The notes beneath the pieces are model-generated. The model did not search any database, was not told the DNA's origin, and saw nothing but the letters and a program-made list of their open reading frames with translations. From an uncultured Gammaproteobacteria bacterium (GTDB lineage: Bacteria; Patescibacteriota; Patescibacteriia; UBA9934; GWF2-40-263), in NCBI GenBank assembly GCA_964499955.1, contig CAZCMI010000002.1, positions 17,078 to 67,485 on the forward strand: DNA of 50,408 nucleotides. Reading direction: 5' to 3'. The stretch's first letter is position 1. Each line of letters starts with the position of its first letter. This document shows positions 33,602-44,436 of this stretch, in pieces. The position numbers and the translations under genes are program-made.

Positions 33602-34846
33602 ATGCAGAAGCAGACGCAGACCAAGAGCCTCAAGATCGGCGGCAAGACCATCACCGGGAAGAACTTCTCGGAGATGCGGCACCAGATCAAGGCCCTCGAC
33701 CTCGCGGCCGAGGAGCGCAACGCCTGGCTGAGCCAGGCCGGGCAGCTCTTCTCCAAGAAGGACAACGGCTACGCCGGCAAGACCCCGCGCAACCGCCACG
33801 AGCGGCGCGCGCAGGCGAAGAGCGACGTCTCCCGCAAGGAGATGGAGCTCGACGGCATCGCCCTCGAGATCTTCGAGGGCCCGATGCGTCAGGTGCTCGG
33901 CCACGTGCGCCGCCGCCCGCGCAACGTGATCTTCGCCTCGGTCGAGAGCCGCCTCTCGACCAAGAACGTCATCATCGTCGCGGTCAAGGGGGAGGTGGGG
34001 AAGATCACCTGGGGCCGCATCGACAAGGCGGACCTCAAAGCCTACTTCGAGCGGGACGGCTACTCCATGCTCTCGAGCATGAAGGCCGTCGGCGACGCCC
34101 GCAACGGCGTCATCATCCACGCGACGGGCCAGAACCTGCGCCTGCCCAACGTGCGCAGCTTCGTCCAGGCGTTCGCGCGCCAGGCCTACCGGGGCACCAC
34201 GCTCGTCGGCGCCAAGCTCAACGGCGAGGAGGTCTCGACGAACGTGTTCGTCACCCCCGACGGCATCGAGCGCGAGGCGGCCTCCTGGCCGGCGTCGAAC
34301 CTCGGCGCCTACGCGGTGGTGAACATCGGCAGCGAGCCGGTGACCTACCTCGGGGAGAGCGGCTACGCGGCCATCACGGCCAAGGGCCAGCTGCTCGTCG
34401 CGGGCTTCACGGCGCTCATCGCCGGTGGCGTCCACCGCCTCTTCAACAAGGCCGCCGTCATCGCGAAGATGCCGTGGACGGAGATCGTCGGCCTCGAGCT
34501 CAAGAAGCTCGACACCGTCCTCGACGTCGCGGTCTCGCACCGCGTGGAGGGCAAGACCGACACCTTCAAGGTCTACGTGACCGGGAAGGGGCAGATCGCC
34601 ATCCTGAACGTCGTCTTCAAGAACGGCACGTTCGCGCTCGACGGCAACGTCGAGTACAAGCCGTTCAACTACGACGGCATGGCGCTCTTCGGCCGGACGA
34701 ACGACCGCACGGTGACGCTCGCCAACCGCAACGGCGGGCCGACCGCGCTCGAGTTCGTCCCCACCAGCACGTTCGCGGACATCGACCCGGCGTTCGCCGC
34801 CTGGTCGAACACCGCCGACGCCCCCGCGTCGCAGCCGAACGCCTAG
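33602..34846 (+). CDS. Orphan protein A (414 aa), no recognised family
   Basis: The AGGAG SD lies 6 nt before the ATG. Amino-acid composition is balanced, whereas the antisense ORF is R/G-rich junk. GC3 bias is very strong (AAG, CTC, ATC, GAG, GGC). The N-terminal ~95 aa are K/R/E-rich and the rest has mixed beta-like character. No TM helix or signal peptide. Confidence 0.7.
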   Translation: MQKQTQTKSLKIGGKTITGKNFSEMRHQIKALDLAAEERNAWLSQAGQLFSKKDNGYAGKTPRNRHERRAQAKSDVSRKEMELDGIALEIFEGPMRQVLGHVRRRPRNVIFASVESRLSTKNVIIVAVKGEVGKITWGRIDKADLKAYFERDGYSMLSSMKAVGDARNGVIIHATGQNLRLPNVRSFVQAFARQAYRGTTLVGAKLNGEEVSTNVFVTPDGIEREAASWPASNLGAYAVVNIGSEPVTYLGESGYAAITAKGQLLVAGFTALIAGGVHRLFNKAAVIAKMPWTEIVGLELKKLDTVLDVAVSHRVEGKTDTFKVYVTGKGQIAILNVVFKNGTFALDGNVEYKPFNYDGMALFGRTNDRTVTLANRNGGPTALEFVPTSTFADIDPAFAAWSNTADAPASQPNA

Positions 34847-34900
34847 CGCGCCGTCGGCCGCTGGGCAGAGCGGCAGATGACCCTGGTTCGTTCGGTACGT

Positions 34901-34941
34901 CCGCCCGCCTTCCCCCACTCGGGAAGACGGGCGGTTTTTTT
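34901..34941 (+). terminator. Strong intrinsic terminator of gene A
   Basis: Nested stem CCGCCCG..CTTCCC ccactc GGGAAG..CGGGCGG followed by TTTTTTT. Confidence 0.8.
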
Positions 34942-34953
34942 GTTCGTCTTCCC

Positions 34954-34982
34954 TTGACAGAATCGGATTTTCCGCTTATCCT
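34954..34982 (+). promoter_or_regulatory. Sigma70-like promoter of orphan gene B
   Basis: TTGACA (34954-34959), a 17-nt spacer, then TATCCT (34977-34982). Confidence 0.55.
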
Positions 34983-35103
34983 CGCGACGTCGCCCGCTCG
35001 GGTGATATCCGGTTCCGCCGGATCCTTGCGGCAGGCATCGTGCCCGCCGCCTTCCCTGACTGGTGCCGCGCCTTTGCGCGCACCAAGACCTCGAGGAGAG
35101 GTA

Positions 35104-36099
35104 ATGTCCGAGAACGTTTCGACCGACCGCGCCACCCACCGTTCCACCCGCATGCGTGCCGGCGAAAGCCCGCCGTCGCAGGTGGTGCCGATCTCGCAGG
35201 CCCCCACGCTGTTGCGTGTGGGCACGCCCATCGCCATCGGCATCGCGCCCGGCAAGCGCGGAAAGGAGCCGATCGTGCACCTCGTGCACGCCGACTTCTC
35301 CGCCCACGCCGACCCGGACGCCTTCGCGTACGTCGCGTCCGCGGCGGTGTTCGGCCGCATGGGTGTCGGGGACGGCCCGGTGGCCATGCTGTCCTTCGCG
35401 GGCAGCCTGCCCCCGCTCGGCATCGCCGCTTCCTTCGGGAAGCTGATGCTGGAGGAGGGCGCATGGGCGACCCCGTCCCGCTACCGGCTCTTCGACACGG
35501 TCGACGGCCCGGTGGCCTGGTGCGTGGCGGACATCCGCCACGCGCAGGCGGTGCCGATCACCTCCGCGGGCGCCGCCCGCGGAAACGCACGCGTCCTGTT
35601 CGCTCCCGTGGGGCCGAACATGGCCGTGGAGGTCGTCCAGGGGCGCAGCGACATGCGTCTCCTCAACCTCCTCAACATGCGCGAGATCCTCGCGGCGGAG
35701 GAGCCGTCGAGGCAGAAGTGCCCGTGGGGGCGCAGCGGCAACGTCGTGTACCTGCCGCACCCCGTCGTCGCCATCTCCGATGGCTACTGGAAGGGCAAGC
35801 AGGCCAACGGCGTTCTGCTGCAGGACGAACTCCGCGTCCTGGTCACCATGGAGTCCATCAAGGGCACCATGTGCCAGGTCGTCGACCTGCACCTGCCGGG
35901 TTCGCCGTTCCGCGCCCGTCCGCCGCAGTTCATGCTGCGGTCGGAGCCGTTCCCGCTGGAGGAGGGTGGGAACACCCGCCCGTTGGCCATCGGGCCCGAG
36001 GGCGTGGCCGTCGCCCGCCGCGCGGACGGCTTCCGCTTCATGGAGGTTCGGCCTCCCGAGGCATTCACGAACGCCTTCGCCCAGGCGCTGAAGTTCTAG
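35104..36099 (+). CDS. Orphan protein B (331 aa), no recognised family
   Basis: The real start lies inside track ORF 33190..36099: GAGGAGAGG SD, then the ATG at 35104 (MSENVSTDRATH...). The stretch upstream contains a terminator and a promoter, so it is not coding. No TM helix, signal peptide or catalytic motif that I recognise. Confidence 0.65.
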   Translation: MSENVSTDRATHRSTRMRAGESPPSQVVPISQAPTLLRVGTPIAIGIAPGKRGKEPIVHLVHADFSAHADPDAFAYVASAAVFGRMGVGDGPVAMLSFAGSLPPLGIAASFGKLMLEEGAWATPSRYRLFDTVDGPVAWCVADIRHAQAVPITSAGAARGNARVLFAPVGPNMAVEVVQGRSDMRLLNLLNMREILAAEEPSRQKCPWGRSGNVVYLPHPVVAISDGYWKGKQANGVLLQDELRVLVTMESIKGTMCQVVDLHLPGSPFRARPPQFMLRSEPFPLEEGGNTRPLAIGPEGVAVARRADGFRFMEVRPPEAFTNAFAQALKF

Positions 36100-36120
36100 C
36101 GCCCTGTTCCGTTCTCTCTT

Positions 36121-36165
36121 CGTCGCCCGTCCTCCCCAGGACGCGGCGACGTTTTTCTTTTTCCG
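36121..36165 (+). terminator. Strong intrinsic terminator of gene B
   Basis: 12-bp stem with a one-nt bulge (CGTCGCCCGTCC ... GGACGCGGCGACG), followed by TTTTTCTTTTT. Confidence 0.8.
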
Positions 36166-36188
36166 CCGCCTTGCTACCATGCGGGCAC

Positions 36189-38831
<2,643 letters not shown>

Positions 38832-38851
38832 CGGAACGGCCGACGTCCAAG

Positions 38852-38880
38852 AAAAAACCGCCCCTGCGTGGGCGGTTTTA
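38852..38880 (+). terminator. Intrinsic terminator after polA
   Basis: AAAAAACCGCCC ctgcgt GGGCGGTTTT. Confidence 0.75.
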
Positions 38881-38936
38881 TGGCGTCAGAATTTCGATAG
38901 TTGCGTCCCGCGGCCGCTCGCGTAAGATGGGCGGGT

Positions 38937-39911
38937 ATGGTGATCGTCGTTTACGGGGACGGGTTTCGCACGCGCGAGCGGGTGCGGGAAATGCACGCGG
39001 CTTTCCAGGCGAAATATGATCCGTCCGGCTTCAATTTCTCTTCCTTTCCCGCCGAAGGGCAAAGCAAAACCACGCCCGCGGAGGTTTTCCAAGCGGCCAT
39101 GGCTTCGCCGTTTTTGGCGGAGCGGCGCATGGTGGTTGTGCGCGACGCATGGACGGGATTAAAGAAAGACGCGGAAAAGCCGTGGGTGGAGGGGCTTGCG
39201 CGCGTTTCCTCTTCTACCGTGCTGGTATTTTGGGAGACGTCGGCGCCCGCGGCCGTGGAGAAATCCGGCGTGTTCAAGAAGATCAAAGAAATGGCGGACG
39301 CGCATGTGTACGCCTATCCTCCGTTGGAAGGTGCGGCGTTGGCGCAGTGGACGGCCCAGCGGGCCAAGGCGCACGGAGCGGCCATGGAAGCGGCCGCCGC
39401 CCAGGAGTTGGCGGCGCGGTGCGGCGGGGATTTGTGGCAGATGGACGCCGAGATTGGCAAACTGGCGGCCTACGTTTCCGGTGGCGCCATTTCCGCCGCG
39501 GCCGTGCGCGAACTTGTACGTCCTGCCTTCGAAGGCCAAATGTTCGCCTTGATGGACACGATCAGCCGCCGGGACACGTACGCCGCCTTGCGTCTGTTGG
39601 AAGAAGAACGCCAGGCAGGTAGCGCGGACTTCTACCTGTTCACTATGCTGCAGCGCCAGATTCGCCTGCTGCTTTCGGCACGTACGTTGTTGGATGCACA
39701 ACCGCGCGCATCCGGCGCCGAGGCGGCCGCGGCCTTGGGCGCCCACGCATTCGTGGCGGGAAAAGTCCTGGGCCAGGCACGCGGGTTCGCGTCCCCCACC
39801 CTGCGCGCGGCGCACGACATGGCGTATGCGTTCGACGTCGGTGCCAAGAGCGGCCGCATCGACGCGGGGCTGGCGGTGGACCTGTTGGTCGCCCGGTTGA
39901 TGGCGGCGTAA
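38937..39911 (+). CDS. holA: DNA polymerase III delta subunit
   Basis: 324 aa starting at MVIVVYG. Overall delta-like pattern (SPFLAERRMVVV, LWQMDAEIGKLAAY, FALMDTI). Sequence divergence is high. Confidence 0.7.
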   Translation: MVIVVYGDGFRTRERVREMHAAFQAKYDPSGFNFSSFPAEGQSKTTPAEVFQAAMASPFLAERRMVVVRDAWTGLKKDAEKPWVEGLARVSSSTVLVFWETSAPAAVEKSGVFKKIKEMADAHVYAYPPLEGAALAQWTAQRAKAHGAAMEAAAAQELAARCGGDLWQMDAEIGKLAAYVSGGAISAAAVRELVRPAFEGQMFALMDTISRRDTYAALRLLEEERQAGSADFYLFTMLQRQIRLLLSARTLLDAQPRASGAEAAAALGAHAFVAGKVLGQARGFASPTLRAAHDMAYAFDVGAKSGRIDAGLAVDLLVARLMAA

Positions 39912-39953
39912 GTAAACGTCTGTCGCGCGCGACCTCCCTTGCCCGCCAAACGC

Positions 39954-39980
39954 AAAACCGACCCGGGCGGGTCGGTTTTT
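39954..39980. terminator. Bidirectional terminator between holA and rpsT
   Basis: AAAACCGACCC gggc GGGTCGGTTTTT. Confidence 0.8.
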
Positions 39981-39982
39981 GG

Positions 39983-40255
39983 CTACACCTGTTTAGACAA
40001 ACCGTTCAAGGTTTTCATCAGGCGCGACTTGGTGCGGGACACGGTGTTCTTCTTCATGAACCCGCGGGAGACCGCTTTGTCGAGCTTTTGGCCGATGAGG
40101 CGGGCGAGCTCGGCGGCTTCCTTTACTTTCTTGTCCGCGGCCATTTTGCGGAACTTCACGCGCATCGAGTGCAGCTCGGACGTCGCAAGCAGGTTGCGGC
40201 GCGCGCGCTTCACGCTTTGGCGCAGGGCCTTTTTGGCGTTTGCCTTGATCGGCAT
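39983..40255 (-). CDS. rpsT: 30S ribosomal protein S20
   Basis: 90 aa. MPIKANAKKALRQSVKRARRN is the canonical S20 N-terminus. Confidence 0.9.
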   Translation of the reverse strand: MPIKANAKKALRQSVKRARRNLLATSELHSMRVKFRKMAADKKVKEAAELARLIGQKLDKAVSRGFMKKNTVSRTKSRLMKTLNGLSKQV

Positions 40256-40310
40256 AGGTCGTCGGCGTCCAGTTATCGAGAGCGAATCGATTTAATCGGA
40301 GCGTGCGGGG

Positions 40311-40339
40311 AGTATACGGGCAGGACGCGAAAACGTCAA
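40311..40339 (-). promoter_or_regulatory. rpsT promoter
   Basis: The minus strand reads TTGACG (40339-40334), a 17-nt spacer, then TATACT (40316-40311). Confidence 0.55.
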
Positions 40340-40356
40340 GATTAGGCGGGAAACAC

Positions 40357-41487
40357 TCAGTCCAGCGACGGCTTTTCGGCCTCCAGCAGCTCAAAGGTCT
40401 TCCCTGCCTGCCCTTCCGTAATACGGTAAATGTCCTTGTCGATCTTCCCGAATTCCTTGGCGGCCAAATTGTATTGGTTGGCCGTGGTCGTGAGGTGTTT
40501 GCCGACGTTTTGGAAATACCCGGCATAGGCCTCCATGTGCTTGCCGAATTCCGCCATGCGCTGGCGGATTTCCTGCGTGCGCGCTTCCAGTTTCATGGCG
40601 TTCAAGCCCTGCAGGACCGTTTGCAGGTACGCGAGGAACGACGTTGGGGACACGATGATGACATGGTGTTTCGCGGCGGCGCGCTGCAGGATGTTTTCCT
40701 GCTCGTCCCCGTTGCCCGCGCCGATCTTGTTGACCAGCAATTCGTAGTAAATGGCTTCGTGCGGAATGAACATGAACGCGAAATCCACCGTCCCTTCCGT
40801 CGGCCGAATGTACTTGGCCGTTTCCAGGATCCGGGCCTTCAGGTCGCCCAAGAATGCCTGTTCCAGCCGTTTCTTCGAGTCCTGGTTCGTTTCAACCGCC
40901 AAGCGATTGTAGTTTTCCAGGCTGAATTTGGAATCCACCGGCACCACCTTTTCCTGCACGAATACGGCGGCGTCGACGATGTCCCCGTCTTGGAACTTAT
41001 ATTGCATTTGAAAGGACGCGGGCGGCAGCGTGTTCCGCAGGACGGTTTCCAGGAAATATTCCCCCAAAATACCACGTTGTTTGGGGTTCTTGAGAATGTT
41101 TTGCAGATCCGCGAGTTGGGAACCGTAGTCAAGGATTTGCTTCTGCGTTGCTTTGAATTCCCCCGCCTGTTCCTTGAATTGACCGGTGAACTGCGTCACA
41201 AGCGTTTGGATCATGTCGCTGGTCTGTTTCAGGTTGCTCTGCAGCAGTGTGGATTGATCGTTTGAGCTGCGGAAGAGGCGGTCGTTCATTGCATCCAAGC
41301 GTTGTTGCAGTTCCGTGCGGTGCTGCGCGTTCAGCAGTTCGACGTCGCGGCGCAGGTGCCGCAATTCATCAACCAAAGCGGTATTTTCAGGCGTGTCAGA
41401 TGTTTGTTTTTTCCGTGCAAACACGTAGAGAGCGACACCGAGCGCGCCGGCGGCAAGCAGAAGAGTGGCCAAGGTAAGGGCGTCCAT
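40357..41487 (-). CDS. rmuC: DNA recombination protein RmuC
   Basis: Trimmed to MDALTLATLLLAAG (TM helix). It has a long coiled coil, then the RmuC nuclease-like core (GILGEYFLE..., VDFAFMFIPHEAIYYE, VIIVSPTSFLAYL). Confidence 0.82.
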   Translation of the reverse strand: MDALTLATLLLAAGALGVALYVFARKKQTSDTPENTALVDELRHLRRDVELLNAQHRTELQQRLDAMNDRLFRSSNDQSTLLQSNLKQTSDMIQTLVTQFTGQFKEQAGEFKATQKQILDYGSQLADLQNILKNPKQRGILGEYFLETVLRNTLPPASFQMQYKFQDGDIVDAAVFVQEKVVPVDSKFSLENYNRLAVETNQDSKKRLEQAFLGDLKARILETAKYIRPTEGTVDFAFMFIPHEAIYYELLVNKIGAGNGDEQENILQRAAAKHHVIIVSPTSFLAYLQTVLQGLNAMKLEARTQEIRQRMAEFGKHMEAYAGYFQNVGKHLTTTANQYNLAAKEFGKIDKDIYRITEGQAGKTFELLEAEKPSLD

Positions 41488-41756
41488 AAGAAAAGTGGAT
41501 AGGTGATCGTTGACGATGACAAACCGTTCCCGTATCATACTCGCACCGCACGCGGGCTTCCAGTCATTTGTCCGGACTGGTGTACGCCGTGTCGCCCCTT
41601 CCCTCTTTACACGCACGATTTCTCCGGAACGTTAGGGTTTTCTGTAGACTTAAATATTTTGCGACACAAGAAGTCTGCTCCCAACTCGCCCTTGTACTTC
41701 GTTCAAGGGCTCATCCCTCGGAAGAACAAAACATTTTGTTCTTCACTCGGAATTTT

Positions 41757-41831
41757 GCCCTTGTAGCTCAACGGATAGAGCAAATCCGTCCTAAGGATGA
41801 GATGGGGGTTCGATTCCCTCCAAGGGCACCA
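41757..41831 (+). tRNA. tRNA-Arg (CCT)
   Basis: Acceptor GCCCTTG/CAAGGGC, D arm GCTC-AACGGATA-GAGC, anticodon loop GTCCTAA, T arm GGGGG-TTCGATT-CCCTC, A73, encoded CCA. Confidence 0.85.
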
Positions 41832-41842
41832 GCGGGACGTTC

Positions 41843-41860
41843 GTTTCACGTGAAACATTA
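41843..41860. repeat. Copy 1 of an 18-nt motif containing a 14-bp palindrome (GTTTCACGTGAAACATTA)
   Basis: It lies 12 nt after tRNA-Arg(CCT). It matches 42347-42364 at 17 of 18 positions. Confidence 0.6.
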
Positions 41861-41876
41861 GTTGAGCAGTTACCAT

Positions 41877-41952
41877 GGGCCGATAGCTCAGTTGGTAGAG
41901 CGCTGCATTCGCATTGCAGAGGTCTGGGGTTCGACTCCCCATCGGTCCACCA
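41877..41952 (+). tRNA. tRNA-Ala (CGC)
   Basis: Acceptor GGGCCGA/TCGGTCC with the G3:U70 pair, anticodon arm CTGCA-TTCGCAT-TGCAG, T arm TGGGG-TTCGACT-CCCCA, encoded CCA. Confidence 0.9.
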
Positions 41953-41986
41953 AAAGAACACCCAATTTCGGGTGTTCTTTTGTTTT
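41953..41986 (+). terminator. Intrinsic terminator after tRNA-Ala
   Basis: AGAACACCC aatttc GGGTGTTCT TTTGTTTT. Confidence 0.8.
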
Positions 41987-42346
41987 CCGTTTCGTCTTAT
42001 ACAGATTCGGCGTGTGCATGTTTTTTATTTTGATGCGTGAAACCAATTCAGGAGTTAATCGGCAGCAGCGGGAGAGCGTTTCATTTCGGTTGCGTAATCG
42101 AGGGTGGGATGAAAGGAACACAGGATCAGTTGTTTATAGGCGCTCATCTGTACTTGATTTCTTCAGACCAAATTTACCCTTCGAATTGATCATTGCGTAT
42201 CAGCATGAACAGTTGTTGGAAAATTCCCCAGACTGATCTCTAGCCGTGAAGACATGTTGGTATTCTCATTCTGATTATTCATTGAACTTGCCGCGTTATT
42301 TTGTGTTCCACATGTTAGGAACGAGTTCCGAAAATTTCATGAAAAT

Positions 42347-42364
42347 GTTTCATGTGAAACATTA
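42347..42364. repeat. Copy 2 of the 18-nt motif (GTTTCATGTGAAACATTA)
   Basis: It sits inside the AT-rich non-coding region and is preceded by the related palindrome TTTCATGAAA (42334-42343). Confidence 0.6.
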
Positions 42365-42447
42365 AATATAATTAATTTGTCTACGCCAGTTTAGACAAAG
42401 TTAAAATTTTGATCAAACAAAATTGAACACATCGTTTAACCACCATT

Positions 42448-42456
42448 TTATCCACA
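42448..42456 (+). promoter_or_regulatory. Perfect DnaA box TTATCCACA upstream of the surface-locus promoter
   Basis: Exact 9-mer, about 25 nt upstream of the putative -35. Confidence 0.5.
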
Positions 42457-42478
42457 TAGTGGGGATTGCCTGTTTCGC

Positions 42479-42507
42479 TTCAGGAACCTTCTTGCACATG
42501 GTATGAT
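42479..42507 (+). promoter_or_regulatory. Extended -10 promoter of the surface locus
   Basis: TTCAGG, a 17-nt spacer, then TGgTATGAT (TG at 42499-42500, TATGAT at 42502-42507). It is followed by an AGGAGG SD (42519-42524) and the ATG at 42529. Confidence 0.5.
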
Positions 42508-42528
42508 GTGGGGTGAATAGGAGGACCT

Positions 42529-43440
42529 ATGCGCGTTGTTGCTCTCATTTGCGCGTTTGTAGCCGGTTTGTTCGGCTGGGTTTCGTTTGGGCGGGCGGAA
42601 ATGAACTCCGCCAACTACATGATTCGGTGGGACAGCATCGGATCCGGAGGAGGCGACACAGCCGCGTCCGCAAGCTTTCTTCTGCGGGACACCGTGGGGA
42701 ATCTTGGCGTGGGGGCGGGCGCGTCCGAGACGTATTTCCTTCAATCCGGGTACCGAGCAGGAGTGCTAGATCAGTTCGTTTCGTTTGATGTTTTCGCGCA
42801 AGTGAGCGCGTCGGCCGTGGCGGCGACCGCGCGGACGGGTGAGACAGTCACGGTCGCCTCCGCCGCGGGGTTCGGCGTCGGGGACTATCTCGCGCTGGTG
42901 CAGGATCGCGGTGCGTCCCAGGTTTCCGCCGTCGGGCGCATCGTTTCCATTGTGGGCAACCAGGTGACGGTGGACCAGTTTGCAGACAACGGCACGTCGC
43001 CGGTGATCGACGGAACAAACGATTATGCGTATCGCCTTGCGGGCGTGGCGGCGAATTTGGGAACGCTGAGCACGTCGGAGGTCGCGACGGCCCTGATCGG
43101 TTTTGAGGTGACGGCCGACGTGGACGGCGGATATACGGTTTTCGTGGCGGAAGACGGCGGTTTGCGCAGCGGGCCGGAGGAAATCAACAAGGTGTCGGAC
43201 GGCGCCGTGACGGCCGGATCGGAAGAATATGGCGGCCAGTCGTCGGATACGGCGGTCACCGGCTCCACGTTCGGCACGCAAGACACGGCGTTCACGATGG
43301 TACTTCAACCGATCGTTGAATACGGGTCGAACGCGTTCCAGCGCCGCGATTTTCTGACGTTGAAAGCCGCGATTTCGTCCTCAACCCCGAATGCCACGTA
43401 CAGCCACGTCCTGTCCATGATTTTTGTGCCGAATTTCTGA
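42529..43440 (+). CDS. Secreted protein (303 aa), first gene of the surface locus
   Basis: Signal peptide MRVVALICAFVAGLFGWVSFGRA. Duplicated S-x-x-Y/F-x-L...G motifs (SANYMIRWDSIGSGGG, SASFLLRDTVGNLG, SETYFLQSGY). The mature part is Cys-free and G/T/S/V-rich. Confidence 0.7.
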   Translation: MRVVALICAFVAGLFGWVSFGRAEMNSANYMIRWDSIGSGGGDTAASASFLLRDTVGNLGVGAGASETYFLQSGYRAGVLDQFVSFDVFAQVSASAVAATARTGETVTVASAAGFGVGDYLALVQDRGASQVSAVGRIVSIVGNQVTVDQFADNGTSPVIDGTNDYAYRLAGVAANLGTLSTSEVATALIGFEVTADVDGGYTVFVAEDGGLRSGPEEINKVSDGAVTAGSEEYGGQSSDTAVTGSTFGTQDTAFTMVLQPIVEYGSNAFQRRDFLTLKAAISSSTPNATYSHVLSMIFVPNF

Positions 43441-43444
43441 CCTT

Positions 43445-44374
43445 ATGCGCCGCTTCGCCTCCCTCTTTCTCGCCTTGTTCCTGACGGTTGTTCCAGCCGC
43501 CGCGTCCGCGTTTTCCGTTTCTCCCGGCACGGCGGACCTGCGTTTGGAGGCGGGGCAGGGCGACACGCGCGAACTCGTGCTGACGAACACGTCCCCGCAG
43601 GCGGAAACGTATTACCTGCGCACGGTGCCGTTCCAGGTGGAAGAAGGCGCCGCGGGCCCTGTTTTCGGCGGGGAAGACCCGTTGGGGGTGGCGGGTTGGC
43701 TTCGTGTGCCGCCGTCCGTGCGGGTGGAAGCGGGCGCCCGGGAAACGGTTTCCGTGCAGGTGGCCGTTCCGCCGGCCGTTCCGCCGGGCGGGTATTATGC
43801 GGCCGTCCTGGTTTCCCCCACGCCGTCCGAGGTCGTGGCTGTGGCGGGCGGCGCAGGCGTTCAGGCGACCATCGCCGTCCCGTTCTATCTTGCGGTGGGC
43901 GGCATGGGCGTCGAGCGCGTGGGTCTGCTTTCTTTCGGCCCGACCGATGGCAAACAGGTAACGGACGGGTTGTGGGGCTTCTATGAATTCCAGCTGCAAA
44001 ACCAAGGGACCGTGCACGTCGTGCCCGAAGGATCCATCACGGTCCGCGACGTCTTCGGCCGCCGCATGGCCGAAGGCCCCGCGAACCCGAAGGAATTACG
44101 GATCATGCCGGGGCAAACCCGCGCGTTTTCGGAAGGCTTGGTATTGGAGCGGCCACCGACGTTTTGGGACGTCGTGAAGGCACAAGGGCGGTATTTCGCG
44201 CTTGGACCCGTCACGGTGGAGTTGGCCTTGGAACAGGGGCCGACGCCCGAGCAGCCGGTCAACGCCTCGTACCGGTTGTGGGTGTTGCCATGGCAGCTGG
44301 CGGCCGTGGTTGTGGGCGGCGTGGCCGTCCTGTACGGCGTGTTGCGTCTTCTGACGCGCCGCCACCCCGTTTGA
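43445..44374 (+). CDS. Signal-peptide protein with two Ig/PapD-like modules and a C-terminal TM anchor (DUF916/DUF3324-like architecture)
   Basis: Trimmed to MRRFASLFLALFL. FSVSPGTADLRLEAGQGDTRELVLTNTSPQAETYYL is a chaperone-like beta-sandwich pattern. The C-terminal TM helix is WQLAAVVVGGVAVLYGVLRLL, followed by RRH. Confidence 0.65.
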   Translation: MRRFASLFLALFLTVVPAAASAFSVSPGTADLRLEAGQGDTRELVLTNTSPQAETYYLRTVPFQVEEGAAGPVFGGEDPLGVAGWLRVPPSVRVEAGARETVSVQVAVPPAVPPGGYYAAVLVSPTPSEVVAVAGGAGVQATIAVPFYLAVGGMGVERVGLLSFGPTDGKQVTDGLWGFYEFQLQNQGTVHVVPEGSITVRDVFGRRMAEGPANPKELRIMPGQTRAFSEGLVLERPPTFWDVVKAQGRYFALGPVTVELALEQGPTPEQPVNASYRLWVLPWQLAAVVVGGVAVLYGVLRLLTRRHPV

Positions 44375-44436
44375 CGGCGGGGGACGGCCGGTCCGCGCCG
44401 CGGGCCCGCGCGTCCTCCTCCGCCAAAGGAGGAACT

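Noticed and set aside
33641-33667. Walker-A-like GKTITGKN near the N-terminus of orphan protein A.
   Set aside because: The last position is N, not S/T, and no convincing Walker B or other NTPase motif follows. It is mentioned only as a caveat.
33190-36099. Single 969-aa ORF spanning the gene A region and gene B.
   Set aside because: The N-terminal two thirds are an out-of-frame read-through of gene A (R/G/P-rich). They cross a strong terminator (34901-34941) and a promoter (34954-34982). The real start is the SD-preceded ATG at 35104.
36100-36135. Possible att-like repeat of the tRNA-His 3' end (TTGGTCGCCCCA versus TTCGTCGCCCGT) at the right edge of the orphan island.
   Set aside because: Only about 9/12 positions match, and the segment is part of the gene B terminator stem. 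This is indistinguishable from chance in GC-rich DNA.
41721-41744. Perfect inverted repeat GAAGAACAAAA-CA-TTTTGTTCTTC just upstream of tRNA-Arg(CCT).
   Set aside because: This is a real palindrome, but it has no U-tract context for termination and no second copy. It could be a simple promoter-region operator, or chance in AT-richer DNA. There is not enough evidence to build a claim on it.
42018-42236. 72-aa ORF (MFFILMRETNSG...) within the AT-rich tract, part of track ORF 41862..42236, and 41888..42121 on the minus strand.
   Set aside because: There is no SD. The longer track ORFs overlap the tRNA-Ala gene and its terminator. The composition is what random AT-rich sequence gives. It may be a decayed remnant but is not supportable as a gene.
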